Shown here in pieces: positions 23,081 through 36,348 of a stretch of 64,000 nucleotides of DNA. Source of the DNA: Oikopleura dioica (lineage: Eukaryota; Animalia; Chordata); contig OU015570.1 of the NCBI GenBank assembly GCA_907165135.1, forward strand, positions 2,625,929 through 2,689,928, in the 5' to 3' direction. Under the pieces are notes generated by a model. That model was not told the origin of the DNA. It searched no databases and saw only the letters and a program-made list of their open reading frames with translations. The position numbers were made by a program, and so were the translations under genes. Position 1 is the first letter of the stretch. The number at the start of each line of letters is the position of its first letter.

Positions 23081-24790
23081 TGTTGTGGTTCACGAAAAAG
23101 CCGATCCTGATTCTATCTTGTTTTTATATTTTTCTCGCGCAACGTATTTATGCGGAGCGCGCTGCATTTTGACTCACTTCGTTCTCGCCCGCTCTACGGA
23201 GCACTACAAAATATACCAGTTTTTACCTACGCTAGAACCTTGTTCAGTTTTTGCAGCTTATTCGAGAGCCAACATAAATGGTACCAGGACTACTAGAACC
23301 CTCCCCCTTCATCTAAAAAACTTCGATTTTTTATTGTTGGAATCTCGTCTACTCTTCGCTGGTAGAGAACGAACGTCACCTGGCCACCTCTGGACATCCC
23401 CGCCGTTGTTTCCTTGCGCTCAACGTTGGCTACGACAGCAACCTCTCTCTAGCTGGTTTACTGTTAGCTGGCGCATAAATCAAACCGCGTACGCGCGTCA
23501 CTCTTTACTCGTGTCGAGTTTTCGGCACATAAAGAGTGCCCTAAAAGGTAGTTCAACCGTCTGAGCCACTTACCTCGATTTTCTCGTGCTCAACGCCGTC
23601 AACGTCAGTTTCAACGCGTTCGACCTCCCTCAACTCCTTTCTCCGTTGACACATGGCAATCTCCCGCTAAAACCTCACATCTCCAACGGCACTCTGCATC
23701 AAAATCGCCAACGTCGATCTCACGAGCGATCTTCTCTCCATCTTCGAGTCTTGATCACACCGCCGCTAAAGTTCAACTCTAATCTCGCGAGAGATCTTCC
23801 CGCCATCTTCAACTTAACAATTTGACCTCTGCTCACTCCACCGACATGATTTTGATCGCCAAAACTCCAAAACAACTTCAATCTTTTCACCTCTTCCCCA
23901 ATTCATATCAACGCTCTCAACTTCATATACTACTCATCTCTTCTCAACTCAACTCTCTGCTCGTCATCAGCTCGGGGGTACGATGCATCCTTCGCTCGCT
24001 TCTCCTGTCTCTCATCTCTACCCTGCGCTCGACTCAAGACGCACGAAACTCAGCTGATCGACTTCGCAGACTCTCAACTACAACTCCGACAATTACTACG
24101 TCAACTACTTTGACAACTACAATCTCAACTTCTAAGCCCAGTTTTCGTCCTGGCACACCTCTCCTTCAAGCCCAGCACTCGCCCTGGCAACCAACTCAAC
24201 CTCAACCAACTCTCACAAAGCCCAGCTCAAGCCCTGGCACTACTCAAACCTACCAAGACCAGCCCTAGTCCTGGCAACCCTCACTACTCTTCAAACCCAG
24301 CTCTAGCCCTGGTACTACTCGCTACTCTCCCTCCTACATTTACAAGCCCAGCTACCGTCCTGGCAGTCCACACTTCTCTCAATCTCGCCGCTACCTGGCT
24401 TCTCTCTTCAACTCCAAATCCAGCTCTCGCCCTGGTAAATCTACACTTTCAACTCATCTTTAGTTCTTTTCTTCTACAATTTCACCCTGATCGCCTGCTT
24501 CTTCTCTTCCGAATCTCCGTGCTCGCGCTCAAAACCTGCGAAGCGCGTCCAGTCAACTCTACTCATCACCCTAGAATCATCATCGTCTGGGGGCTGTTGT
24601 GGTTCACGAAAAAGCCGATCCTGATTCTATCTTGTTTTCATGTTTTTCTCGCGCAACGTATTTATGCGGAGCGCGCTGCCACTTTTACTCACTTCGTTCT
24701 CGCCCGCTCTACGGAGCACTACAAAATATACCAGTTCTTTTTCCTACGCAAGACCGTGTTCAGTTTTTGCAGCTTATTCGAGAGCCAACA
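23081..24790 (+). mobile_element. Small non-autonomous LTR element (TRIM-like, 1.71 kb)
   Basis: LTRs 23081-23274 and 24595-24790 (TGTTG...CAACA), 4-bp TSD CTAT, PBS TGGTACCAGGA at 23279, short G-rich PPT before 24595; no RT or IN recognised. Confidence 0.92.
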
Positions 24791-26739
24791 CTATCTCCCT
24801 CCTTCGTCAGAAAATAGCAGATTTGGGAGGAAGTGTTGTAGGATAAGGCCAGAGCGGCTTTGAACAGGCGAAAATCGAAACAGAAACGAAGGTATTAGGA
24901 GCTGGTTGAAGCCGAGCAATTGGCTCTTGACGCCAGGTCAATCAAAGTCAGGCCGAATTCGAGATAGAGCAACGCAGTAAGTGTCCAGTTGGGTTGGATT
25001 TGGTCGCATCGAGGCGATTTCCGCTCGATTGATTTCAAAATTTTCTTGGTTCTGGTGAAATGTTCTTGGTGGCATGTTATCCTTGCTTGCCAAAGCAATG
25101 TCGGATTATTTTCAACCCTTTATTTCCCTCTCCTCTGGGGTTTTCTATTTTACGTCGTATGAATTCACGACTTCTCCTTCGATCAAAGTTAGTCTCGTGG
25201 CGGTCCGAGCTGATTATGTATTACGAGGTTTCGCCGTTGATCTAAACGCATTTTTGTTCTTTTATTCGAGTTCTTTTCGCTCGTGAATTTTTTTTTTCAA
25301 AAACATATTATGGTCAACTCAGCCTTTCGTTGCCGACAATTTTCGTCATAAAATCAAATATAAATTTCGTGGAATCTGTCAATCAATTTAACATTACTCC
25401 TTGTTATAACGATGGAGCCTTGTTAAGTTCGACCATGGTAGAGTTGGTGTTTCAAACGCAGCTCAACCAAAGTTCGCATTTCATTTACCGGTTATGCTCA
25501 TTTTTCTGTGGAAGTCGTCAACTGCCAGTTGATGAGTGTCGGAAGCATTGAATGTTCCGCACCTGAATGCTCCAGTCTTTTCCGTGTCGACTGTATTTTT
25601 TTTTTCTTAATTTCGGGTTCAATTGTGCCAGGACCCTAAGGAGTGAAGCAAACCGTTGTATTTGCTCGGTGACTTGCAGGTTATTCTAGGGTCATTATCG
25701 ATCTTTATCGCTTGCCAGGTGAGCCTATTGTTTCTCGGCGGGAGCCTGTTGGTAGGCAATATTTGAACTTGGCTGGCCCCTGGAGGCGCAGATTTCGGGT
25801 TTTCACTGTATATAAGGGTGGTGTCATGGGATGTGAAGGAAACTTGATTTACTCGCGGTTTTGGCAAGCAATTCGAAAAGGCGATATTTCTGAAAAGTTT
25901 TTAGACGAGCTAAAATTTTGAGCCGGCAGGGGCGGCCTCGAGCAACTTGTTGTTGAGTTTTGGAATAACTTGACAAGTCGGAAATTGAAATTCAGAAAGG
26001 GAGCTGCTCTCGTTTCGGAGACACGATTTTATTTCAAAAATTTATCAAGGGGCTTTTTAAAATTGAATTGATTTTCGCAAATCAGATATCTTGTACTTAT
26101 TTTAGTACCCTGAAGTGGTCGTGAATTTTTTTTTAAGAGAATGAGGCTCTGCCAAGATTTTGCCCGTATTTTCATCGCCGGGTCTCCTTTTGCTGAGCCG
26201 GAAGAACTTTAAGCTGCACTTCTTGCTTTTGACGGCAGCAGTAGCAAATCATATGCGCAAATTTCTGAGCGATTGCTGCGTAACAGTCCGAGGCTCAAGC
26301 CGAGGATAAGGATTCCGAGAAGGAATATTACAAAGAGCCATTTCATCATGGCGAATTGGCCCATCAGGGATTGCTGGTGGTTCAACACCAGCCGTTCCAA
26401 AATATCTTTAGGTCCGAATCTCATCTTGAAATAATTTTGTTTTCGAGGAACGGAACGGTTTTGCTTATCTACTTAAGGGGCGATATTTCAATAGTTTCAG
26501 TGTGTATTTTTTTCAGTTGTTCTCTTTCAGGGCGTTTATTCCCTAAATAGATGTCAATACGTTTTCCAATGCGAATACCGTCGGTGCGCTCTTTCCCCAA
26601 AGAGATGCATTGGATCTTACCTATAGACTATAGGCTATAGTTGATGCGTTTTCTCTCACGAAGGCTTGACCGCCGGTTCTGGCGTGGTTTCTCTGCCTGT
26701 CGTGCCGGTAATTTTACGTTTCATTCCGTTTAAGTGAAT

Positions 26740-27815
26740 TTAACGTACCTCGGATGCGCATCCTTCCTTTTCTTCGACGATTTGGGGAGTTGCGACAGGC
26801 CGAATGTTGCTCCTGTGCGCAATAAATTGTCGTCTTGGGTAGAGATCAGACGCAAGAAGGTAAGTGTAAACGTCTAAACGCTTCGAGACTGTGAGCCGCC
26901 CTTTCCAGTTTCGAAAGAGCTTTGACTCCCCGGGGTCCCTTTGGCGTTTCATCAGCACAGTTGTCCGAGGACGGAGAACAGTTTTGTCTTCGGGTCGTAC
27001 GTCCCGCGTCTCCTCCGCTGTCTGGGCTGTCTGAAGTGACAGCGCGCGGATCATCGCCCGACCTGCCTTGGCTATGAAAACAGCGTTGTTTTCAGGTACA
27101 TCTTTCGTATCCTTGAGTACGCTTCTGACTTCGAAAATTCCAGTGGACAACCTGGCCGGGATAGTCCTAGGAACTTTTTCCAAGGCAAGTGGGAGAGGCA
27201 TGGTAAATCGGTTGCAGCTTTCAACTCACTGCGGTTGTTTAGCCATACAAAGACGTCCAGGGGACCGGAAGCTGTGGGGACAGTAAAGGTAAGCTGCTCC
27301 CGTAACGCTCGGTCCTCCGTCTTGTCGACTGGTGCCTGGACTTCTAATATTGTCCCGTCCATTACTCGTTCAGCTTTCTTTACTTCGAATAGTCTGGTTA
27401 ATTTCTTACGGAGGAGCATAATGCTTTCTCCGTCGATTTGTATCTTTCTCTGCGAGATTTTGATCGTTCTGTTCGTTAATGCCGGCAGCCCGATGAGAAA
27501 AGGTGTTTTGCATTGGTACTACTGTTTCCGTTGGTAGCGCGATTATAGTTTGTGGGTATCTTTGGCAAAGACGAGACTTCTGCGTCAGTGCGGACTTCTT
27601 TTCCTGCGCAATAGAGACGGACCCCTGAGGGTAAGGCAACTTCCTCTTTTTTCAGGTTTTCGAGAGCGAGTTTGCCAATTATTTTTGCCCGTAGTGTAAC
27701 TGCTGTTTCCTCTGGACCCGTGTGTTTATTGACGACTTTTTCGTTGGGTAGCTTAACTCGGAGCGAATCGCTTCTCTCTTTTCTTTTTTAAGATTTGACG
27801 TCTTCTGTTTCCATT
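26740..27815 (-). pseudogene. Broken ORF (gag/ORF1-like position), unknown product
   Basis: ATG near 27813 with an early stop and several frameshifts linking the ORFs at 27406-27639, 27072-27419 and 26740-27201. Confidence 0.4.
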
Positions 27816-27899
27816 TTTAGTTAAAAATCCTTGATATTTGTTATTTGTTCAACTTTGATATTCTTATTTCAGTCGTTCAATATTTTCCAGTTCTTTTCA

Positions 27900-28690
27900 C
27901 GGACTAACACATGTTCGCATTTCGCTTCATTTTGGGCGGAGATTTTCTTTTTAACGCATCTGTGGTTCATTGTTGTTTGTATGGTTTGAGTGTCAGTTTC
28001 AAAGACTTAACTCTCGCACTAATATCGGCATAATAGTGCGCTTGCTCAGCATTTGGCTGGTCGTTGGGTGATCACGACAATGCGGACTAGTTGGTTTCCG
28101 TGCCAGTCTTGCTTATGCTGGTCTTTTCTTTCGATTTTGTTTTTAATCGGGCACCTATGTGCTCACCTGTCTGCGTCGTTTGTGCGCAGCAGTTTATAGA
28201 GTCGCTATTGTTGTTTCAACGGTTTGAGTGTCAGTTTCAAAGACTTAACTCTCGCACCGATATCGGCATAATAATGCGCTTGCTCAGCATTTGGCTGGTC
28301 GTTGGGTGATCGCGACAATGCGGACTAGTTGGTTTCCGTGCCAATCTTGTTTATGCTGGTCATTTCTTTCGATTTTGTTATTAATCGGGCACCTATTGTG
28401 CTCACCTGTCTGCGTCGGTTTGTGCGCAGCAGTGTATAGAGTCGCTGTTGTTGTTTCTACGGTTTCAGTGTCAGTTGCAAAGACTTAACTCTCGCACCGA
28501 TATCGGCATATTAATGCGCTTGCTCAGCATTTGGCTGGTCGTTAGGTGATCACGACAATGCGGACTAGTTGGTTTCCGTGCCAGTCTTGCTTGTGCTGGT
28601 CGTTTCTTTCGATTTTTAATCGGGCACCTATTGTGCTTACCTGTCTGCGTCGTTTATGCGCAGCAGTTTTTAGAGTCGCTGTTCTTAAAC
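27900..28690. repeat. ~240-bp tandem repeat x3 plus a partial copy
   Basis: ggttt(g/c)agtgtcagtt..caaagacttaactctcgcac starts at 27983, 28221 and 28461. Confidence 0.92.
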
Positions 28691-29699
28691 ACTTCTGACA
28701 CCATTGTAGAGGTTTACTCTCTATATAATAAACTATCAAACTTTCATAGTATTGTAATTTATTTGGTCAGTGGCTAATTTGGAAAAATAGCTGCTCGTGG
28801 ACTAGTGACAGCCGGTTATATAGTGAGCTCAAGTGCTCTTGAAAAGCGCCGCGCCAAGCTCGGGCGACTTCCTTCAAGTGCCAACTTGATTCATCGGGAA
28901 AATAAAGACAGTAAATCCCTATAAACGATCAAGTGTTTCACGCCGTGAAAACAGGTTTCTGATGTTGGCGGAAATTCACCTTCGGCAATCTTCAAACGAC
29001 GGCGCTAAAATAGCAATTAACCTTTGTTTGCATATTGATCTTACATAAGTTTCACACCATTTGGAAGATTTGAAAATTTCCGGCACATCAATCATCTGGC
29101 GTAGAACGAATTTGGTCAACTTGTCGTTTCTCTAACCATTGTTTGATTAAACCTCTTTGATATCTCACCTCAGATTCAAGTTTTATCATTCGGCGATCGT
29201 GTCTCTCAATGGCGAGTCTCTGAAAATATTTTTTAAGTTTTATTTAACTTATTTGACTCACCAGTTGTTTTGCGCAAAATCCGAGTGGAAAATCGTCCCA
29301 GCAAAGTGGATTCACTATGATGCAAATATCGTCCACCAGACAAGAAGAGTTGTCATCGTCAACACTCTCGCATAATTTCAAAATCGGCATTTTTGAGTAC
29401 TACATCCACAAAGTAAAATCCTCTTCACAACTAGAACAGTTGGAGTTTCCACACAAACATAGTGTGAACTCAATTTTTCAATCTAAAAATTCCAAATTAT
29501 TTTTTTAATAATTGATCGAATAATTCGAATAATTATTTTTTCGAATTATTCAATTAAATTATTTAAAATTCAGAGGCAAAGCAGGTAGTAGCAGTACTTC
29601 GGATAATTATTTGAATTATTTGACTGAATAATTCAAAATATTCTGTGGCGAAGCGGAGCAGTAGCAAATTTTTTCTAATTGATCTCTTCTTATCTAAAT

Positions 29700-31480
29700 A
29701 TAATCAATCCTTTTTTCTTGGATGTTATCATACCTTCTTTTAAAATTGAATGATTATTTTGCGCCAATCATCATTTTCTTCCCCATCACTTTCTTTAGCA
29801 CTTTTTTGACCGCTTTCTTGACCACTTCCATCCGATCCACTTTCTTGACCGCTTCCATCGCTCTCCTGATCGCTTGCATCGCTCTCCTGGCCGCTTCCAT
29901 CGCTCTCCTGCACTCCATCTTGCACATATGGATTCTCGAACTCATCTTTATCTTGTTAAATTGGCTTTCTAACGCATCATACCTTGCTCGAAAGAATCAG
30001 TCGAAGAGGAGGAGGAAGACATGAAACTCGAATAGTCGTAATCTTCTTCATCCCATTCTTATAAAAATCAACAAGGAGTAATTTTCCAAAACTTACCGTA
30101 TCGAAGAGATCGAGCATGACGAGCGAGATCAGGTTCAGTGTGGGGTGGTTGAAATGTATCACGGAGACAGTTCTGGAACATTGAATAAATCACAATTCCA
30201 GCGGCACCGAGCACGATTCCAATGAGAAGAGTGATCGAGTAGGTGCAGATGTTTGCACACTTTAATATTTTTATTTTTTCTCTTATTGCTTTCTTACCTT
30301 GGGACCCTCACTTCGAACCTGGCAACGAATCTTGCCCTCCAAATTCTCACTGAGAAAGTTCGCCATCGCCTCAAGATCCTGATCGCTCAAATTTTCGGCC
30401 TCGTCCATGCTACGAATTATCTATCAAATTTGAAAAATTTTCTTACTTTTGAGACTTTTTGAATTTGGCCTTAAAAATTGGCGAGTTTTGAATACGGTCA
30501 CTAACGGTCTGCCGCCCTCCTTCAAGCATATCTGAATCAAATTCTCTTAGTTTGAAAAACCGACTGTAATCAAAAATTATCAGGATTAACGCGAAGCAGT
30601 GGCGCCGGGAAGGAATTCTCTGCTTTCCCACAACCTGCTGACCTTCCTCAACCAATCCGAAACCTTGAACTTCTTTTACCAGTCGAACATACTTTCCAGA
30701 ATTGAAATGAGTCATTCCAAATTTCGAAATTTGTTTTTATTTTGATTTATTCGAATTTTTCAATTTATTCAAATTTATTTGAATTATTCAAATTTTTTCG
30801 AATTATTCGATTTATTGAACAGTTAAAATGAAAAATAATCTTCAATTTCTTCGTCGGTCTTGACGAGTTTTCCACCGCAAATGGCAACGCTGACGCCACT
30901 TTCTCCAAAGATGCCAACACAGAACCTTCCGTCTTTCAAAGCCTGTGTTGAAGCCCTCATGTTATCCTCAACAAGTTCAACCCAGCCACGACCATGAGCC
31001 ATGGCGAGATTGTATGTCGATTCGTTTCGATCGGCTGAATAAAATTAATTTCAATTTGAAAACCATGGACATACCGTGCAGTTGCAAACGCCACAAGTTG
31101 GCAATCTTGCTGCCAAACGGAAGCTTCTTGGATGCAAGAAGTCTTCCTCCCTTACTCACATACTGTAAATAAGTATGTTCGACAAACAATTGGCGACGAA
31201 CGCAAGGCGAGAAGGGTGGTGGAGACTCGCCTTGAACAACGTCTTCGTAGTGATAGACGCATTCAGGCGAAAATTGAGGAGGGGAAGTTCGTTGACCTCT
31301 GAGCGGTCGTGGCGAGTAAGCTGGTGGTGGCTCGTTTCCAACAGGATGAGCGGAGGCAACAACCGAGTGTAGAATGTAGGAGAAAATGCACTAAAGCCTA
31401 AACCAACTGGTACGACTTGTGGAAGTGCCCTTTTGGATTCTATTAAAGTATCCAGTACTTAAGTTTCTCTGATTTTTGTT
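29700..31480 (-). pseudogene. Decayed multi-exon orphan gene(s) with a PPxY motif and a TM segment
   Basis: Exon-like frames include EPPPAYSPRP, ADRNESTYNLAMAHGRGW, THFNSGKYVRLVKE and SITLLIGIVLGAAGIVIYSMF, separated by short AT-rich introns. Confidence 0.45.
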
Positions 31481-31634
31481 TCCTGCAAATAAAAAGCGTA
31501 ACAGAGTAATTTGGGTTAGTTGTTTCTAGTTGTCGCTAGAATTGTCTCTAAAGAGTCTCGTTTATTCTGAAAGATTCACAGTTTATATTATATACTAAAG
31601 ATATTTATGAAATGCACAATGATAGTTTTTTTAA

Positions 31635-32045
31635 AGGGGCCCGGAGAATTTTTTGAAAAAAAATTTCTTCCCATGATCGTGGAGGGATGAATGAGGGCTT
31701 GACTGAAAGAGCAGCCCGAGTTCTATTTAAAAAAAATTCAGCGAAGATTTTGAAAAAGTAGTTTCGCTGTAAATGCCTGTTGAAAATGCACTAAATAACA
31801 ATAGATTTGGAAAAGCGGCGCGCTGATTGGCTGAGGCGCTGCTATTGTTGGAAAATGGGCGCCGTGGCGGCGTGCAAGGACCGACTCGCCGACAGAAAGC
31901 CGGCTGATATAGCACTCCTGCTGATCCAATATTTTCGTCGAATTTTTTTTAAACAGTTCGATAAATGGGCTTTCAGATGAGCCTTTATTCATCCCCGTAC
32001 GATGTCGGGGAAAACCTTTTTTTTTTTAAAGTCCTCCGGGCCCCC
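31635..32045. mobile_element. TTAA-target MITE (~411 bp)
   Basis: TIR (A/G)GGGGCCCGGAG with TTAA at 31631-31634 and 32046-32049; the flanks are also weakly palindromic. Confidence 0.7.
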
Positions 32046-33500
32046 TTAAAAATAACTGTCAATGCAAATTTTGAATTTTCGGAGCCAATTTTTGTAAAAA
32101 TTTTCTATGGGAGCAAAATAATTTTCTGAGTAATAGTTCTTCGCTGTGATCTAATCTACCCAAAAAGGCTGAAAAATTATGAAAATTTTGACTCTTTTTA
32201 TCTTGTTGAAAATCAATCAATCATTTAACGTGTAAGAAGTCGATATTGAGGTCGAATAACCCGAAATTGACATTGCAGAAGTCATGGTTGAAATCGGTGA
32301 AGCCAGGATTAAACTAAATTTATACCAATGCAAAAATGGAGTCAAGTTCAAGAACCATGGTAGAAGTCTCCAATTGTGGCAGGTCGAAAAAAATTTTTTT
32401 TTTTCTGATTGGCTCATCTGAAAGAGCTTCTCAAACTGTATAAAAAACGTTTTTAGAGTCTGCTCAAATCTTCGAAATTTTCGACATTTGGACTTGATAA
32501 AGGTTGAAATTCCGAAATTTTAACTGCTCATAGAGCAAAATTTTTCCATAACAAAATTTTTTTTTTATTTTTTTTTGGAATCTCTATAGTCGAATCTATG
32601 TGCTTGCGAAAATTGAAGCAAATCGGGCAACATTTGGGCTGTAAAAATTTTTTTTTGAGGATTAGTTTTGCACTAATTTCGCAAATACAAAGCATATACT
32701 TTTATTAAATTACAAACTACAAAAAAGTAATCAAATAGTGCTCTGAGGTCACTTGAGGTCATTTGAGGTCATCTGAGGTCATCTGAGGTCATTTGAGAAC
32801 AATTTTTTTTGCCGTTAAATTACATTTTTTTATTTTTTTTAATTTTGAAAATAATAATTTTGAGCAAAAATATTGCTCATTTGATTTTGAAAATTTTTTG
32901 TTTCAATATCGATCGACGGTGAAGTGTACACATGCGCTCGCGATTCCGGAACTACCTCGCTCATTAATGATTATTTAATGGATGCATCAATCAAAATCAC
33001 AGTATGAAAAAAAAATTTCCAAACTAATTTCTGGCTGGCAGTTCACTTCGAGAAAGTTAATTCTGTGAAACACACAAAATTGAAAGAGAAGAAGAGAAAG
33101 CTAAGAGAAAGATTGTTAATAATTTTCGATACCAGTGACAGGTATACTAAATATATATATTTATTCTTAAAATTATATAAGACGCTTGTTAATTGCAGAA
33201 AAATCAAAAACAGAAGAAATCCTGCCAACGACTGACTCCAAAGAAAGTAGAATTCAAACGAAGACAGAAGGTATGCTTTAAAGACTTCCCCACGGTTTTG
33301 GCCTAGATGGGCCTCGCGCAGAAAAAAATTCTGAAAAAACAGTATGTTCGGTGGTCCTTCTTATACTTATTTATTATTATTATCGTTTGACTTATTTTTT
33401 AAACAGATATATCTATTACAAGTCTAAAATTATAAAAGGGAATTTAGGCCATTATAATTCCCTCATTTTACATTTTTCCGTAAATCGGAATAGCGCGGAC

Positions 33501-34716
33501 CAGAGTTACAAATTTTGTGAGCTAGCTGAGGTGAGCTATATGAGCTAGATGAGCTACAGCTCAGCTCAGCTCAGCTCAGCGATTTCGAGGTGAGGGTCAG
33601 CTCAGCTCAGCTCAGCTTAATTTTTCTGAAGAAAGCAAGCTCAACTCAGCTCAATGGTTCTTCGAGAAAAGTCAGCTCAGCTCAGCTAGCTCAATTTTAA
33701 CCTCGACTTAGCTAGCCCAGCTCAGCTCAGCTTGAAAAATTGTCAGCTCAGCTCAGCAAGCTCAGATTGAAAAATCATCAGCTCAGCTCAGCTCAAGAAC
33801 TAACAGATAAACCCCAGCTTAGCTCAGCTCAATTTTTCGACAAAATCCAGCTCAGCTCAGCTCAGCTCAGTTGTTTTCAAAGGGGTCAGCTCAGCTCAGT
33901 TCAGCTTAAAAAATTGTCAGCTCAGCTCAGCTCAAAAATTTTCAGATAAGCCCAAGCTCAGCTCAGCTCAGATGCTTTACAAGGGGGCCAGCTCAGCTCA
34001 GCTCAGCTCAATGGTTCTTCGAGAAAAGTCAGATCAGCTCAGCTAGCTCAATTTTAACCTCAACTCAGCTAGCTCAGCTCAGCTCAGCTTGAAAAAATTG
34101 TAAGCTCAGCTCAGCTAGCTCAGTTTGAAAAATCATCAGCTCAGCTCAAAAACTAACAGATAAACCTCAGCTCAGCTCAGCTCAAATTTTTCGAAATAAT
34201 CCAGCTCAGCTCAGCTCAGCTCAGTTGTTTTCAAAGGGGTCAGCTCAGCTCAGTTCAGCTTAAAAAAATTGTCAGCTCAGCTCAGCTCAAAAATTTTCAA
34301 ATTAGCCCAAGCTCAGCTCAGCTCAGCTCATTTTTTTCGAAAAAATCCAGCTCAGCTCAGTTGCTTTTCAAGGGGCCAGCTCAGCTCAGCTCAGCTTAAA
34401 AAAATTGTCAGCTCAGCTCAGCTCAAAAATTTTCAAATTAGCCCAAGCTCAGCTCAGCTCAGCTCATTTTTTTCGAAAAATTCAGCTCAGCTCAGTTGCT
34501 TTTCAAGGGGCCAGCTCAGCTCAGTTCAGCTTAAAAAAATTGTCAGCTCAGCTTAGCTCAAAAATTTTCAAATTAGCCCAAGCTCAGCTCAGCTCAGTTC
34601 ATTTTTTCGAAAAATCCAGCTCAGCTCAGTTGCTTTTCAAGGGGCCAGCTCAGCTCAATTTCGACCACAGCTCAGCTAGCTCAGCTCACAAAAATTTTCA
34701 AAAATCTGCAACTCTG
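33501..34716. mobile_element. hAT MITE filled with AGCTC pentamer arrays
   Basis: TIR CAGAGTT(A/G)CA; 8-bp flanks GCGCGGAC and GCTCGGAC (1 mismatch); interior (agctc)n with higher-order repeats. Confidence 0.8.
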
Positions 34717-36348
34717 GCTCGGACCGAGAATTAAGATCACTTACGTTCGTTACACCTTTAATAGGGATGAACCTGAAATTGTCAACAAGGCAATCAAGGC
34801 CATCACGGCCAGCATGGCCATCAAGGCCATCGACCCGACCAAAAACTCGACCTAGTCGGAAATGGTGGGGTTTATATTGGCACCGAACGATCCTACCATG
34901 GATTTTTTTGATTTGATCGGTGGTGGGGTTTGGTCGGTGGGTGGTCGGCTTAAGTCGGTTTCTTTGTGTTTTTCGTTTTGACCGATTTTTTTCATTTCTC
35001 TCTGGCGATAAAAGAAAAAGAGATTGTCGACAAGGCCATCAAGGACATCATGGCCATCGAGGCTATAAAGACCATTTTAGAAATCAGCAAAAGTCCCTAT
35101 AACCTGAATTCAACAACGCCCTCAAGGCCATCAATTCTAGAAAGTTGCGGGTTTCCTTTAAGACAGGCGCGGAGCGCACACCCGCTTTTTCTGCTTTCTG
35201 ATCGTTGATTATTGCTTCAAAAGTATAAAAATTGATCTGCTTAGTTAAAACCATGGATGCTCGAAAACAATACCTTGGAAAAATCCCACGATTCCTTAAT
35301 TCCTTCGAAGTGTCAAATGATGGCTCGGGGACCATGGCGAATCTTACCTTTATGATGTCTCGTGTCGTGCAAAGCCAACTCCCTGAGTTTGCTCCAAAGC
35401 AAATGTACAGGGCATTAGAAGATATATTGGAAAGAACCGAAGCCACTATGACTGTCGAGTCGTTTTTCGTTTTCCATTTTCAGGGCGGGCCTGTCATAAA
35501 TTGCTCTTTTGAATGTGCGGTACCGCTTATCATATGAATTTTCGATTATAATCGGGATCATGGCTGTCGAATTCGCGTCCTATGATCTGTCAAAAAATTT
35601 TAGTGTGCGAATTAATATTTACGCGTCGTTTTTCTATCTTTCGCGTTCGTCTCGTTCAATCATCTTCAGAAAGCTTTAGAAAAAGATAATAGAAGTAAGC
35701 GCTTTAAAAGTCTCCAAAATTTCTCTAAAAATTAATTCTTTTTCTTTTCGAGTGACGACAGTTATCAAATAACCAGCTCTGATCTAGACGATCGAGAAAT
35801 TGCAAAATTTATGGTTAAGAGGCCTCTTGAGCTTGCTGTTATATTTAAGACGATCTCTTCGAAAGAATGGCTCAGATTAAAAGCTGAACGATTGGTTAAA
35901 AGTTTTTCTTCCAAAAACTTGACAAGCCTTCAAATTGGAATCAAATATCTAAAGAAACAATAGATGTTTTGGAAATGACGAGGTGTTTAGACTACAGAAT
36001 ATATCAACTTCATCGTGCATATGATGAGCTACGTCTCCAACAAAGAATAAGACGATCTTACAATCAAGGTGGACGACATCAGGGTTATTACGAATTACTG
36101 TGTGGAAAATTTGTCTCTCTCACATCGTTGTTTCCAAAAAACTTGTGGTAAAATCGAATTATATGATGTGGAGTTCATTTTACCTTTTTAAGTCGTCGTC
36201 GTGGATGAGAAGTTCTGTTATGATGTCAATGTTCTACGATGTTTATCCTTTTCTTTCACTCTTTCCTTATTTTTTACGTGATTGTTACCCTTAAGCAATT
36301 TGTTCGATAAAATCTTGGATAAGGATTAATTGTTAAAGTATTTAGACG

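Larger units (their letters stand above)
22909..28923 (-). mobile_element. Degenerate element flanked by 168-bp direct repeats (LTR-like relic)
   Basis: 22909-23076 and 28756-28923 differ at about 1 base; the interior has broken minus-strand ORFs and a 240-bp tandem array. Confidence 0.6.

Noticed and set aside
33740-34734. SAQL-rich ORFs
   Set aside because: Translations of the AGCTC pentamer satellite.
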